A stretch of 64,000 nt of DNA from Octopus vulgaris (taxonomy: Eukaryota): positions 215,512,001 through 215,576,000 of the forward strand of contig OX597814.1 of the NCBI GenBank assembly GCA_951406725.2. Reading direction: 5' to 3'. The translations under genes were made by a program, and so were the position numbers. The notes under the pieces are model-generated. The model did not search any database. It was given only the letters and a program-made list of their open reading frames with translations, and was not told the origin of the DNA. Shown here one piece after another: positions 37,561-52,455 of this stretch; position 1 is the first letter of the stretch, and every line of letters begins with the position of its first letter.

Positions 37561-38046
37561 TGTGTGTGCATGTATGTATATATACATATATATTATATAT
37601 ATATGCATGCAGTTTGTGTGTGTGTGTGTGCTTTGTGAATAGTCATATATTTATAAGAGACAAACATAAGTAGAGTATCAGATATATTTTGTATTTACAA
37701 GAAAAGAATTGCCAGTGACCTGAAAACTCTACATTGTTTTACTGGTTTCACTTATGGGAGTGAGGTGATGCCGAGGCATAACCTTCAATGTTTCAGTACA
37801 GTATATCGATCCCAATGCTTATTTCACCCTCATGCTTACTTTATTTAAGCCTATGTCTATTTGTTGTTACTCTTATGTTATACGAGAAGAAACGAGTCCA
37901 TTCGTTCTTTTAGGCCGATGGGAATTGTAATCAGTAGTCACGCATCTCTCCTCCGCACACGTATACTTACATATACGCAATCGTACCTTTATACACGTAC
38001 ACGAACACACACATGCACCTAATACGATATAGTATATAGAAGAAAA

Positions 38047-38194
<148 letters not shown>

Positions 38195-38472
38195 CTGGCC
38201 GACCCAAACAATTTGGATGAAAAGACACGAAAGCAACGTTAGCCTTTTGCTACTTTCAACGAACTATCAAGAAAAATATATCGAACTGCTGAGTTACTGT
38301 TGTAAATCACAACATTGTAATATTCAACGGAAAGTGATTTTTTTCTCTTTTTTTGTCTTTCCTTTTTTCCGTTCTCTCAAAAATTCGTAAATTCCTATGG
38401 CGTCAACAATATATAATTCACGTAGGTAAGAATAAAGTTTCTAAAATGGATAGAGAATTTCGAAGGATTGTT

Positions 38473-38522
38473 TTGGTTCAATGGTAGAGCATGTCTACAG
38501 ATGTGGGTTCGAGTCCCATGGG
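38473..38522 (+). pseudogene. tRNA-derived fragment (A and B boxes, anticodon arm missing)
   Basis: TGGTTCAATGGTAGAGC ... GGGTTCGAGTCCC. Confidence 0.4.
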
Positions 38523-40494
38523 GAGATTTCTACAATTTGTATCCAAAATGTACATTCAACCCAGTATTTGCATGCTATTATTTATAGCATGTTTCTGCTT
38601 CAAGATCCAATAATCATTTCACATACACACACACACACACACACGCACGCACGCACACACACACACACACACATGTATATGCATATGAATGTATAAATCA
38701 TACAAATAACAGAAGTCAAAGTAGAGAAAAGAGGAAACTGAAATTAATGTATGGTGTCAAAAAAGTATGAAAAGCGTAGAAATATAAAGCGAAACATAAC
38801 AAAGATGTGTACCATGAACCTTAACGCGCCAAACGGAAAAACGAAAATCTGACATCTCAAAATGAGGAAACGAGAAGAGAAGACGCGTTTGAGAGATAAA
38901 AGGAAGAAAAATATACGATATCAAAACTGACATCTGCTCACGTGATAGGGCTCATTCTGCCTGAGACCTAACTTAGTATCGTACATTTTCCTCTTTCATT
39001 TGCCAATACATTGCTTGCTTTACTATTTTCTTCTTTTCTGTTAGGGGTATGATGCGAAACGTCGGATTTTTTTCTTTTGTTTCTCCCTTTGGTGTATGGA
39101 ACTGCATTGTTGTTGTGTGGACGCCCCCAGACGATGAAGTAGACTAGCCCAATACGTAGATATAGAGGGATAAGCCTAGACGTCAGAAGCACAGCTGAGT
39201 AGCAGAGAGAGAGTAGGAGAAGAGTTGAGTAGAAGGCATCCGAACGTGCGACATAACAATTGTTCACTTCTTTGTTTATTGTTTTCCCGCCTTACACGTT
39301 GTTTTTCTCTTCTTTGCCTTTAATTTTACTTGTGTTATTTGTTTGATTTTTACCTACTTATACTCTTAATTTACGAAGAATTATTCGCCACTACTTCACA
39401 AACTGAGCTTAACAACCATGTCAGAGTACATAAACACGTATATATACCGAGATGCATATATTTGGTCATTGTCAATGAAATTAGCTCTTTTTTCACTGAA
39501 TGTGCATATCCCTAAGCTGTGTGTGTGTCTGTGTATACCTTTGTCCATGTGTTTGTGCGCTACTTCTGATTATGTTGAAGATAGTAAAAAAACACATTCC
39601 CCGGATACCTCTCGGTGGAATCGAACTTTCAGCTTTGTGAATTGTAAAACGATATTCATAAGAACGCAGTCATGCCTGTTCTGATTTACGAACAATAGAA
39701 TGTAATTTGTTTTAGTTACCACGGCCAAAATTATGCAGTAGCATCCGATCTATGATATACAGAATTGAAATTAAAGAATATATATATACTCGCGTGTGCA
39801 TCTGTGTGTCAGTGTGCATGTGTGCTTGCATCAACATACGTGTATGCACTGGAAAAAGAAAGCGAAGTAAGAGTGAGAGAGCTGGACAATAGGTTAAGAA
39901 GAGTGATATAAAACGAGAAAGGCTGAATGAAACTATAAACGTGTTAATGTAAATGAGCTGGTTTTTGAAGAGATGGGAATTCTTAGAAAATGACAGGTTA
40001 CTTGAAATAGAATGCTCACGGTTACTAATTAAGTTGGTCTGTGTGATACTGATAGTGGATTCTCGTTATTTGTATCATAGCCTTAGACGGCGTCTTTCAT
40101 ACGGTAAACGACTTTATGTCAACCTTCAAGAAAAACATGACAACCGATTAATCTGCAGATGAAGCTGTTAAATTATCATCTAGAAAATTATATTACCTAA
40201 AGTGATTCCTTGTTGATTTATAATTCGATAACCATCCAGTGCTAACAACACTTGCAGGTTTTTAGGAAGGTCGTGACTAGTAGTTATGAGATGTATTTAG
40301 TCCTACGTTGACCACGATACTGAGAATTAAGAGTCTCCGCCGAGTATGTTCTTCACTCTTTGACTGATCGAACTCCCGTCGTCTCAAGTTTCATTAACAC
40401 ACCCAGATAAATCTGTTGACATAATATATTACATTTACGCTTATATTTTGAATCAGTAACACGTTGGTTTTGTTGTTGTCTCAGTCGAATGCAA

Positions 40495-40527
<33 letters not shown>

Positions 40528-42180
40528 CACTCCACACACATATAGACACATTCATTCATTCATTCGTGTGTTCCTTTATATAACCATACACATATGCGTA
40601 TAACTATACGCATGACCAGGTGATCAAGTAGCTAAACCATCAGATAGATTATTTTGGCTCTAATCCTCCGTTCCATGTTGTTTATACAAGACAGCATACG
40701 CCCCAGCATACTAACTGCCTAGAAAAGTGGCTGGACTTTCTGAGAAAAAAATCCATTAGTACTGATTACTCTTGGTAAAACTGTGATGCCGAAAATGTCA
40801 AGGAGCTGATCATATGGATATAAGGTGTGCTTTATTAAAAGATAAACATGTAGAAGCTTTGACGAATGAACTGCATCTGTCTCCCGAGGAATAGTCTTTG
40901 CACACAGTGTCTAGCTGATTCTGCGTGATGTTTATATTAGAAAAAAAGTGCATATGTGATATTCAATAATCTACCTTACAAATCAAATAAGATGTAGAAG
41001 CCTTGGTCGATGATTGAAACATTACAGTTGTTTAAATCAGCAAAAGATACGTCATATAACAGCATTGAACTATTATGTATGTGTGTATGCCTAAGGTTAT
41101 AAACAAGAGGGAAAACTGTACTCAAAACAGAAGTAGAGTGTGAATATTTGTAGTAGTGTTGAAATCATTCTTGTTAATACTCAACGTTTTGCATTCACCA
41201 TTGACTGCATAACTACTAATGGAAAAGATATATATAAAATAATTATGAATAATGTAAAACGTAACAAAATCTATCTATGTATATGGAATGAAAATAGCCT
41301 AAAGAATAAAAATGTTTGTATGCAAAGAAATGCCAATGCTTGCTATCGTGTGTACGGTTAGGCATATGTTAGACATGTTAGACATATGCATTTCCATATC
41401 TACGTAAGGATCACTTGTGTGGATGAGATGGTGCAGCAATTCTGTGGATTTCATGTAGGAATTTCAAGTATCAAGCTAAAGTTCAGTAACGCATACGCGC
41501 ATAGGAACGTATGTCTATATACGCGTATGTTCCATAATAATACACGTAGCGTCGCTGTAGCAGTGGACACCGTGTAAGAAGATAATCTAGTAATAACCAG
41601 TGACAGTAGAGAAAACTTTGATCTAACCCTGAGGTCTACATGCACAGCGAGGTGAAATGCATAGAGCTTATACGTTTGCATGCAAATTTATATAATTATC
41701 ATTCACAAACAATATGCCTCTGTATCATAATGTATGTGTATACACGCACATGTAAAATACATATACATGTATGTATGTGGGTCAGTTTGTATGTATGCAT
41801 TTATGTATATCACAACAATGGTTCAGAAGTTTTAACGGCAAGTTGTTTGATTTCTTTTGTAAAATGACGTACGCGTACAATGGTCAGAATTGACCTTCAG
41901 ATGTTTTCGTGGCTATGCTTATGTGACTTGCTCACTTGCAGTCGTATGTATAAAATATCGGCAAACACATTTCTTTTTCTTTCTAATATATATATATATA
42001 TATATATTCTGAAGACGCAATGACCAAATGAAATAAAATGATCTGTCTCAGAAACAGAATCACTGTTGGGATTTATGTGTTAATTCTAATTTCGTGTTTA
42101 CAGTTGACATGAGATTTGGATAAAAGCTTGACAGAGAAAGTAATATCAGAGATGAGAAAATCAGCATATACGTACATACG

Positions 42181-42256
<76 letters not shown>

Positions 42257-42258
42257 TA

Positions 42259-42294
<36 letters not shown>

Positions 42295-42420
42295 TACGCA
42301 CACATACGTACACATACGCACATATAAATAGATATGTTATACATACTGTATGTAGTATTTGAATGTGAAGATATAGATGTCCTGGCAGTATTTGGAGTTT
42401 CATGTAGGAATTTCGCAATT

Positions 42421-42472
<52 letters not shown>

Positions 42473-42523
42473 CATACATATATATGTGTGTGTATATTTA
42501 TATATATATATATATATATAATA

Positions 42524-42599
<76 letters not shown>

Positions 42600-42947
42600 T
42601 GCCATATATGTATATATATATATATATATATATACATATATATACATACACATGACTTGGCAGCTATTAGCAACACCAATCGATGTATTAATCAGATTCC
42701 TCCATCGGAGTCGACGAATATTGTCGTGGCATGTGGCTGGCTGCGAGAAGTTCTCGAGAAGACTCAACATCTGGCGTTCGCGCTGGCCCTAGCCGGGACA
42801 ATTTTTAGTCTCATAATGATATTTTTTGTGTTTTTCAACACGGCACGTTCATAACATGCTGTTTTAGGATGAATATCGCAACAACTTGCCTTTGAAGGCT
42901 GTATATATACTTTAATATCATACTGTTTCAATTGGATATACCGGATG

Positions 42948-43018
<71 letters not shown>

Positions 43019-43019
<1 letters not shown>

Positions 43020-43227
43020 GGGGAGCTTTATGAAAATAAACAAAAGACGAAGGCAGGTGGAGTACAAACAAACAATTGTATTAGTATGGCGCTCAGGAAT
43101 ATAAATAAAACAAGTCTTTTACGTTTCGAGCCTACGCTCTTCAACAGAAAGATACACAGAAAAGAAACACGGAGAGAAACAAGAAGAGAAAAAAAATGCG
43201 TGCAGAAGCTAGCGATTCAACATGGCG
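43019..43227 (-). mobile_element. ~200-bp hammerhead-bearing repeat (same family as 58335-58522)
   Basis: Minus strand: CTTT CTGTTGA A GAGC-GTAG-GCTC GAAAC GTA AAAG at 43116-43151; collinear with the 58335 copy. Confidence 0.75.
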
Positions 43228-43272
43228 ATATGTATGTATCTGTGTGTGTGTAGGTGTGGGTGTGTATATATG

Positions 43273-43326
<54 letters not shown>

Positions 43327-43945
43327 CAAAGCGGTGAATGAACTGTCGTCTAAATTACGCATAAATGAAAATCACACTGATACCTCATTTTAACAAATAC
43401 ATTTACCAAAATTACATAAAAATATCTTGAAATACTAAAGAGTAAATTTATTCAATAAAATCACCATTGACTTCAACCACGACCTCCAGACGACTTCAGA
43501 ATCTCCTGCTACTCTTCTGAATGGTCTTCTTGTATAGGGTGGTGAATGCTTCTATAATCCTTGCCTTCAGTTCACCTTTGGTGCTATAAGGAGCTTTGTT
43601 AGTCTCTCGCTCAACTGCGCCCCACGCATAATAGGGGGTTGCAGTCTGGGGAATTAGGTGGTCTGATGTTAGGGGTGATGTGGTAGCAGAAATTGTCTGA
43701 CAGCCATGACTGGGTTATCCTGCTTGTGTGGCATAGTGCAGAGGCCGTGTTGCTAGACATGGGGTCTTGCATCAGACATCCTCTTGACCTAGAGTAGCAC
43801 TAACTCCTCCGGGCACCTGATGTAGGCCTCCGTGTTGAGTCTGAAGCCGTGAGGGAAGATGAATGGAGGCATAACGTCGCCATCACTAGTGATCACACTA
43901 AACGTCATGCTGTGGACTGTATGCTTGATTTTTATCACTCTCGGT
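43327..43945 (-). mobile_element. Tc1/mariner-superfamily transposase 3' half, maT (DD37D)-like, decayed
   Basis: ITSDGDVMPPFIFPHG..TQSWLSDNF..PPNSPDCNP..YYAWGAVE..RF*SRLEVVVEVNGDFIE*. Confidence 0.8.
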
Positions 43946-44316
43946 GTATGTTCTCAGATCACTGTCCTCAGATTGACACCCAAACACCTTCGCGCATAGC
44001 ACTGTGTTTTAATCAATTGCTTTAATGAGCTATCTTCTCTATGAAAAGTTGTATACTAAGTCACGAATGTGCACTCGAACGTCTGCAAAGAAAGAACCTC
44101 AACTTCTTCAAATTATTTGCATCTAATGTCTTGATAAAGACTGAATCCAAGTCAATAGAACACCCACGATATCGTTGCATATTTTGCATAAAATCGCCTT
44201 AAACTTAAACTTAAACTTAAACTTACAGTCGCACATACTGGATAATGCAAAGCTGGTAGAGATGTTTCGGTTTGGATTATCTTTCACAGGATGACAGACA
44301 AAAAAAATGATGATAC

Positions 44317-44372
<56 letters not shown>

Positions 44373-44375
<3 letters not shown>

Positions 44376-44929
44376 GCCCTGATGCAGTACCAGGCAGTGG
44401 CTCTCATGGCTTCTGATCTTAACTGATTGGAAGTATTATCATGTACATTGTTTTGTCTTGGTATAAAAGATGGGCTACAGCAAATATTCTGCTCAATACC
44501 ACAGATTTGCTTGTCAGTTGTTTGACCTTAACCAGTTCAGCATGTCCCTTAGTGGCTGACGATATGTGCATCTCTGATCACAAGCAGAAGTAGTGGGGGA
44601 GCATCATAGCCATGTGTTGAGAGGGATTCTTTGGGGTTTGAATAATTCACCTCTGGAAACGTGGGTGGTTTTTTCAACATCCTTAAACAACACTTATTCA
44701 GGGACCTTTTGAGCGGGATGGGCTACTCAACCTGAAGAAAATTCTAACTGAGCCCCACTTGCAAGGTCATGTGCCGTTTATATTGATATGAGATCACCAT
44801 GTCGCGCATATATGGTTGTGATGCATGTGTCTAGTGTACCCTTATCAGACGGGTAGTCATGATGGGTATACTGGGCTTCGTATATTTTACCCCAGTGTCA
44901 CTTTGATGGCATGCACTGCTCTCTCACTC

Positions 44930-44930
<1 letters not shown>
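44373..44930 (+). mobile_element. ~560-bp non-coding element inserted within an (AAT)n array
   Basis: (AAT)n on both sides; 3' ~200 bp repeated at 26843-27030. Confidence 0.75.
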
Positions 44931-44988
<58 letters not shown>

Positions 44989-45789
44989 TGATGATGATGA
45001 TGATGATGATGATAATAAAAGAGCATTCGTTAATGTAATCCAGCTTTGTCCACGCTGTAATTGTTTTTTCTGAGAAAAAACAATTACAGCGTGGATAATG
45101 TTCAAGTCATTGGTCAAGGGTTATTCATAATCGTGGTTGATGTGGCTAAATAACATAATAATACATAATAGCCCCCTACTCCGTCGTAATTGGAACGTTT
45201 CACTTAAAATGATGCAATCTTGAATGAATGAATAATAGAATAACTGAATACCCCTAAAAGAATGGAAGAATGTCTGAATGAGTGAATAAATAAACAAGTA
45301 TAACCGAATACATAAATATACATTCATTCAGTGATTTGTGCATTTAATCTCGCAAAACCAACATTGAATCGATTATTGATTAGATCAATCTAGATATCCA
45401 CATAAATATTCATTACACTCGTTCAGTCTTCCCGCCCAAGTGTGTTGGACTGTGCATTAATATCTATTACTATCTACCCCTGGACCGCCCACTTTCTATC
45501 TAAGTGCATATCGTCGCACATATCGTCTGGTCTTTAGTAAGTGCGTTTGTGCGTATGTCTAATCAATAATGCGTGCGTGTGAGTGCCTATGTGAATGTGA
45601 ATGCGTATGTATGTGTGTGTGTGTGTGTGTGTGTGGCGTGTGTGTGTATGTGTGTGTGTGCGTGCGTGTGTGTGCGTGTGTGCGTGCATGCAAGTGTGTG
45701 TGCGAAGGAGCATTTCCACAGATTTGTCATTATTTCTGTCTGGCGTTTTCTACTTGTTGATTAAGTATATCTATCCATCTAGCTAGCTA

Positions 45790-45897
<108 letters not shown>

Positions 45898-46440
45898 TGC
45901 CTGTGTGAGTTCGCATATATAGTATAAATAAGTTAAGTTTACACACACGTCCTATAGTATATGTTCCGGCATTCAGCCTTATGAGTTCAAAACTCACCTA
46001 GAGCAAGTGCTTTTTTCATACTTTCAGAGTTAATAAATAAAGTAGCCGCCTTTTCGAATCTCAACACCCTAAATTCATATTATCCTTACTGTCGCCAGCA
46101 AGATTGGGGATTAACTTCCGAAGTCTTTAATCTCGCGCCCAAAGCTAGTCGCTCTTAATGTCAGCACCTCAGCTGCCAGGAGAGATTGTAAGGCAATGCA
46201 TTGGAGTCCTGTGCATTCAAGTAGCTCCAGTTACTTAAAGCTACTGGATGTGTTGTGTGTACAAGCAGATCGGTTACTTGTTTATCTGAGATTGATCAAG
46301 TGAAGTAAACACCTTCGATAGGAACACAGCAGGGTTCGAAAATCGATTATGGTCGTTCATGATTCTTTTAATCTACTGCAATGTTCGTATATCCACTACG
46401 TAAGCTTACACACACACACACACACACACACACGTTATTT

Positions 46441-46468
46441 AGATAGATAGATAGATAGATAGATAGAG

Positions 46469-46527
<59 letters not shown>

Positions 46528-46562
46528 CAGGCAGACAAACAGACAGACAGATAGATAGATAG

Positions 46563-46642
<80 letters not shown>
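46441..46642. repeat. (GATA)n/(GACA)n array
   Basis: Directly visible. Confidence 0.95.
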
Positions 46643-47333
46643 CATTTGATTGATAGATCGAGGAATTGATTGATTGATTAATTGACCGTTTGATTGATTG
46701 TAGATATAATTTATTATACATATGTATGTATTCCCTTCCACAGTAGGCCTCTGTAACATTCATTTCTGAGAAAAAAGCGGTAATATATAATATCAAGAAA
46801 TACGGAAGACAGCTGAAATATTTACGATGGTCTATATGGTATTTCTTCAAGCAAAACTTTCGTCCGAGAATGCCCCAGTTCCGTATAATCTTCATAGAAA
46901 TAAAACTTAAAGAAAAATCATGGTTATTCTATTATAGGGAAAAACATTTCATAAATATAACAAGAATATTTATTCGTATAAAGCTGCATCACAGTGCCAT
47001 ATAAAAATAAATGATGTTCAGTGTGATGTGCGACTGTGCGCGCGTGTTTTGTGTACTAATAAATAATTTAGAAAACGATATTGGTATTTGAAGCTTTAGA
47101 AAATAAACACGTGTTTCGGTGAAACGACCGCTACTATTACGCAAAACAATTAGCCAGATGACATTCCTTCGGCGTTCCCAACGAAAGTTGAAAAGCTTAG
47201 TGAGTCGACTTCCTCGCCTCTCTCTCTCTCTCTCTCTCTCCCTCCCTCCCTCTCTCTCTCTCCCCAAAATTTAACTACATGTGGATTGTTGGCGATTTCT
47301 TTCCCCCCCCCCGTCTTCCTTGCCTCTGCCTCC

Positions 47334-47370
47334 TGTTTCTGAAGAAGAGCCTTGCTCGAAACGTAAAACA
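47334..47370 (+). ncRNA. Minimal type-I hammerhead ribozyme motif with canonical core, inside a ~200-bp repeat (~47265-47480)
   Basis: TGTTT CTGAAGA A GAGC-CTT-GCTC GAAAC GTA AAACA; stem I 5 bp, stem II 4 bp, GUA site. Confidence 0.75.
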
Positions 47371-48075
47371 CTCTTTCTTTCCTTCCCTAAGCGTTCTATT
47401 AATACCTTGCACGTCCTCGCGTTGTTGTTTTTTCTTGTGTTTTTTTTCTCCTTTTGGTGGGATATATATTCCAGTTATACAAATTGCATTCAACGCTATT
47501 GATGTGGCAAAACAATGGATAATGGGTTGTGAAGTAGCAGGATGCTGTTAAGGAAAGATATATAGTTGTATAGGTAAACCAAGGAGGACAAATAAGTTCA
47601 CACCGCTTCCTTATATATTCATACGCAATCATAATTGGACAATAGTGTATGGGAAAGGAGGAAACAATCAGTAAATTCATTAAGTCTGAATGATTGCCTG
47701 AAAATACATGTCATGCTATGCAATCTTGTCCGACCATTGTATTTTCAAAGGTATGAAACTAACAGTAGCTCGCATTTATACACATCAAGTGATCGCGATA
47801 TCCGGGACTATAAAAATCTCGATAACGTTTTTTTAAAGAATTAAACGTTGATGAACAAAACAAGATGCTTTCCTTCACAACCTTGCTACCAGGAAGGTGG
47901 CTGGTCAAAATTTATCCTAAATTATAAGATAAAACGTACAGTACTATCTATGTATGTATGTATGTATGTATGTATGTATGTATGTATGTATGTATGTATG
48001 TATGTATGTATGTATGTATGTATGTATGTATGTATGTATGTATATGTATGTATTTATGTATGTATGTATGTATGT

Positions 48076-48465
48076 TAAACCATTGGGAGTGAAGGATTCC
48101 TAGCCTTTGTTAGGGCATCCTTCTATGAGAAGGTAACTCAGGTAACTGGGATAACTCCGACATAAAACCTGCGGCTCAGTGGTTACCGATGATGTTGACT
48201 TGTTCTTCTTTTCGGATTATGGCTGCTGTTGCTTAGTGAGTGGGATTGACTCTGTGCACAGCCTTTCCTCACTTTAAAAAGAATCTTCTTGCACAGGCAT
48301 TGCACGATAACAACATTGTTCATGATTGTTGATGGTGCTGTGACTCTCAACTGAATGGTTGGCTGTAGCCTTAAAAGGCAAATAAAAGTCACATTCGATC
48401 ACAGCACCAATAACAGGTAAGCTTCCTGCAATGGCCTGACTCGATAACGAGGGGGCAGCCATCAT
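48076..48465 (+). mobile_element. Non-coding interspersed repeat between (TATG)n arrays, possibly RTE-related
   Basis: GGCATCCTTCTATGAGAAGGTAACTC resembles RTE 5'UTR motifs as I recall them; (TATG)n tail; no second copy in the window. Confidence 0.35.
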
Positions 48466-48562
48466 GTATGTATGTATGTATGTATGTATGTATGTATGTA
48501 TGTATGTATGCATGTATGTATGTATGTATGTATGGATGTCAGAATTACGTACGTACATGTAT

Positions 48563-48979
48563 CTTTACTCTTTTTTACTCTTTTTACTTGTTTCAGTCAT
48601 TTGACTGCGGCCATGCTGGAGCACCGCCTTTAATCGAGCAACTCGACCACGGAACTTATTCTATTGTAAGCCCAGTAGTTATTCTATCGGTCTCTTTTGC
48701 CGAACCGCTAAGTGACGCGGACACAAACACACCAGCATCGGTTGTCAAGCAATGCTAGGGGGACAAACACAGACACACAAACACACACACTTATATATAT
48801 ATATATACATATATACGACAGGCTTCTTTCAGTTTCCGTCTACCAAATCCACTCACAAGGCTTTGGTCGGCCCGAGGCTATAGTAGAAGACACTTGCCCA
48901 AGGTGCCAGGCAGTGGGACTGAACCCGGAACCATGTGGTTGGTAGACAGGCTACTTACCACACAGCCACTCCTGCGCCT
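48563..48979 (-). mobile_element. SINE family C
   Basis: Full-length reverse copy. Confidence 0.9.
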
Positions 48980-49206
48980 ATGTGTGCATATTTTCTAGAT
49001 GCTACACTTTCATAATGAGAACATAAAGCTTTTATGTCTCACTTCCTTCGCCTTTCGCTCTTTGACCTACACGGCTTTAATCCCTGCCACTGTCTTCTCT
49101 CCACGCTACCCCTTACTGACATCACCCCGCTGATGCCACTCCCTAATAATAAGGGGTATGGACACAGGCTCAGAAACGACGAGGTTTTTCGCCTCTGGGT
49201 TGTGTC

Positions 49207-49382
49207 TATGTATGTATGTATGTATGTATGTATGTATGTATGTATGTATGTATGTATGTATGTATGTATGTTTGTGTGTGTATGTATGTATGTATGCATG
49301 TATGTTTGTGTGTGTATGTATGTATGCATGTATGTATGTTTGTATATATGTATGTATGTATGTACGTATGTATGTATGTATG

Positions 49383-49416
<34 letters not shown>

Positions 49417-49558
49417 TGTATGTATGTGTGTATGTATGTATGTATGTATGTATGTATGTATGTATGTACGTATGTATGTATGTATGTATAAATGTATGTA
49501 TGTATAAATGTATGTATGTATGTATGTATGTATGTACGTATGTATGTATGTATGTATG

Positions 49559-49591
<33 letters not shown>

Positions 49592-49801
49592 GTGTATGTA
49601 TGTATATATGTATGTATGTGTGTATGTATGTAAGTATGTATTATGTATGTATGTATGTATGTATGTATGTATATATGTATGTATGTATGTATGCATGCAT
49701 GTATGTATGTATGTATGTATGTATGTATGTATGTATGTATGCATGCATGTATGTATGTATGTATGTATGTATGTATGTATGTATGTATATATGTATGTAT
49801 G

Positions 49802-49833
<32 letters not shown>

Positions 49834-49863
49834 TGTATGTATGTATGTATATATGTATGTATG

Positions 49864-49897
<34 letters not shown>

Positions 49898-50091
49898 TGT
49901 ATGTGTGTATGTATGTATGTATGTATGTATGTATGTATATATGTATGTATGTATATATGTATGTGTGTATGTATGTATGTATGTATGTATGTATGTATAT
50001 ATGTATGTATGTATATATGTATGTGTGTATGTATGTATGTATGTATGTATGTATGTATGTATGTATGTATGTATGTATATATATATGTATG

Positions 50092-50125
<34 letters not shown>

Positions 50126-50177
50126 TGTATGTATGTATGTATGTATGTATGTATGTATGTATGTATGTATGTATGTG
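49207..50177. repeat. ~1-kb (TATG)n array
   Basis: Directly visible. Confidence 0.95.
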
Positions 50178-50365
50178 TAGGTGCGCATGCATGCATGTGC
50201 GGATGAATGAATGAATGAATGCACACACGCATACACACACAGGCTTGCATATACACACACTATGAATTGTTTTATGTCAGCTCAAGACTATAAAGGCACT
50301 TAAGCAGGATAAATACTAACTACCAAGTGATGTGATCCTCGATTACGAGCGACAGCACTGCCTAT

Positions 50366-50547
50366 TACACACACACATACGTACATACATACATACATAC
50401 ATACATACATACATACATACGTACGTACGTACGTACATACATACATACATACATACACACACACATACGTACATACATACATACATACATACACACATAC
50501 ATACATACATACATACATACACACATACATACATACATACATACATT

Positions 50548-50579
<32 letters not shown>

Positions 50580-50582
50580 CAC

Positions 50583-50615
<33 letters not shown>

Positions 50616-50990
50616 CACACATACATACATATATACACACATACATACATACATACCTACATACATACATACATACATACATGCATACATACACACACAC
50701 ACATACATACATACACACATACATACATACATACACACACATACATACATACATACATACATACATACATACATACATACATACATACACACATACATAC
50801 ACACATACATGCATACACACATACATAAATACACACATACATACATACATACACACATACATACATACATACATACATACATACATACATACATACACAC
50901 ACATACATACATACACACATACATACATACATACATACCTACATACATACATACATACATACACACATACACACATACATACATATGCAT
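50366..50990. repeat. ~0.6-kb (CATA)n array
   Basis: Directly visible. Confidence 0.95.
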
Positions 50991-51221
50991 GCACACACGC
51001 GTCCTCGCTTGCACACACTCATACACGTATATGCTATGTTATTAATAATGAGCAGAAGTTACACAGTCCCTCGAGGGGTCAGAAATTTATATGAATTTAT
51101 GGTGCCAACGCACGAAACTGTCGTCCTCGAGTCACTCAGTAACTTCTGGGGGTTATTAACTAGCAACAAATATATACTCATATTTTGAGTTCTGTTTTTC
51201 CTGTTTGCGTCAAAAAACCCA

Positions 51222-51257
<36 letters not shown>

Positions 51258-51259
<2 letters not shown>

Positions 51260-51423
51260 CGCAGGCGTGGCTGTGTGGTAAGTAGCTTGTTTACCAACCA
51301 CATGGTTCCGGGTTCAGTCCCACTGCGTGGCATCTTGGGCAAGTGTCTTCTACTATAGCCTCGAGCCGACCAAAAGCCTTGTGAGTGGATTTGGTAGACG
51401 GAAACTGAAAGAAGCCCGTCGTA

Positions 51424-51461
<38 letters not shown>

Positions 51462-51682
51462 TGTCTATGTTTGTGTGTCTGTGTTTGTCCCCCTAGCATT
51501 GCTTGACAACTGATGCTGGTGTGTTTATGTCCCCGTTACTTAGCGGTTCGGCAAAAGAGACCGATAGAATAAGTACTGGGCTTACAAAAAGAATAAGTCC
51601 TGGGGTCGAGTTGCTCGATTAAAGGCGGTGCTCCAGCATGGCCGCAGTCAAAATGACTGAAACAAGTAAAAGAGTAAAAGAG
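51258..51682 (+). mobile_element. SINE family C
   Basis: Full length, GGCGCAGG... to (GTAAAAGA)2. Confidence 0.9.
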
Positions 51683-51690
51683 TATATATA

Positions 51691-51738
<48 letters not shown>

Positions 51739-51739
51739 T

Positions 51740-51844
<105 letters not shown>

Positions 51845-51920
51845 TGTGTGTGTGTGTGCATGTGTGTGTGTGTGTATGTCTGTGTGTGTGTGTGTGTATG
51901 TGTGTGTGTGTGTGTGTGTT

Positions 51921-52116
51921 TGTAAAGAAGCTTGCTTCCCAGCCACATGGTTTTGGGTTCGGTCCCACAGCATGGCACCTTCGGCATGTGTCTTCCATTA
52001 TAGCCCCGGGCTGACCAAACTCATGTGAGTGGATTCAGTAGACGGAAACTGAAAGAAGTTCATCGTATATACATACATACATACATACACACACATGCAT
52101 ACGTGAATGCACACAC

Positions 52117-52155
<39 letters not shown>

Positions 52156-52407
52156 TGTGTGTGTGTATGTATATATATGTGCATATATATATATATATCC
52201 ACACACACACACTCACTTATGATCGTGTGCGTGTGTGATTGTGATTGTATCTTACCGTATGACAAGTGTTGGTTTATTTACGTCACTATAACTTAGCAGT
52301 GCGGCAAAGAGACAATGACAGAATTAGTACCAGACTTTAAAAAATAACCGCTGTCGTTCACTTGATCGAGTAAAAAACTGCGCAGTTCAATGACAGACGC
52401 AAGAAAG

Positions 52408-52409
<2 letters not shown>
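51921..52409 (+). mobile_element. SINE family C (old, expanded internal microsatellite)
   Basis: GTAGACGGAAACTGAAAGAAG and ACTTAGCAGT..GGCAAAGAGAC retained. Confidence 0.75.

Positions 52410-52455
<46 letters not shown>

Noticed and set aside
49039-51094. Long ORFs up to 405 aa (YIHT/MYVC repeats) and many similar ORFs across the window
   Set aside because: They are translations of stop-free microsatellites and have no coding signal.
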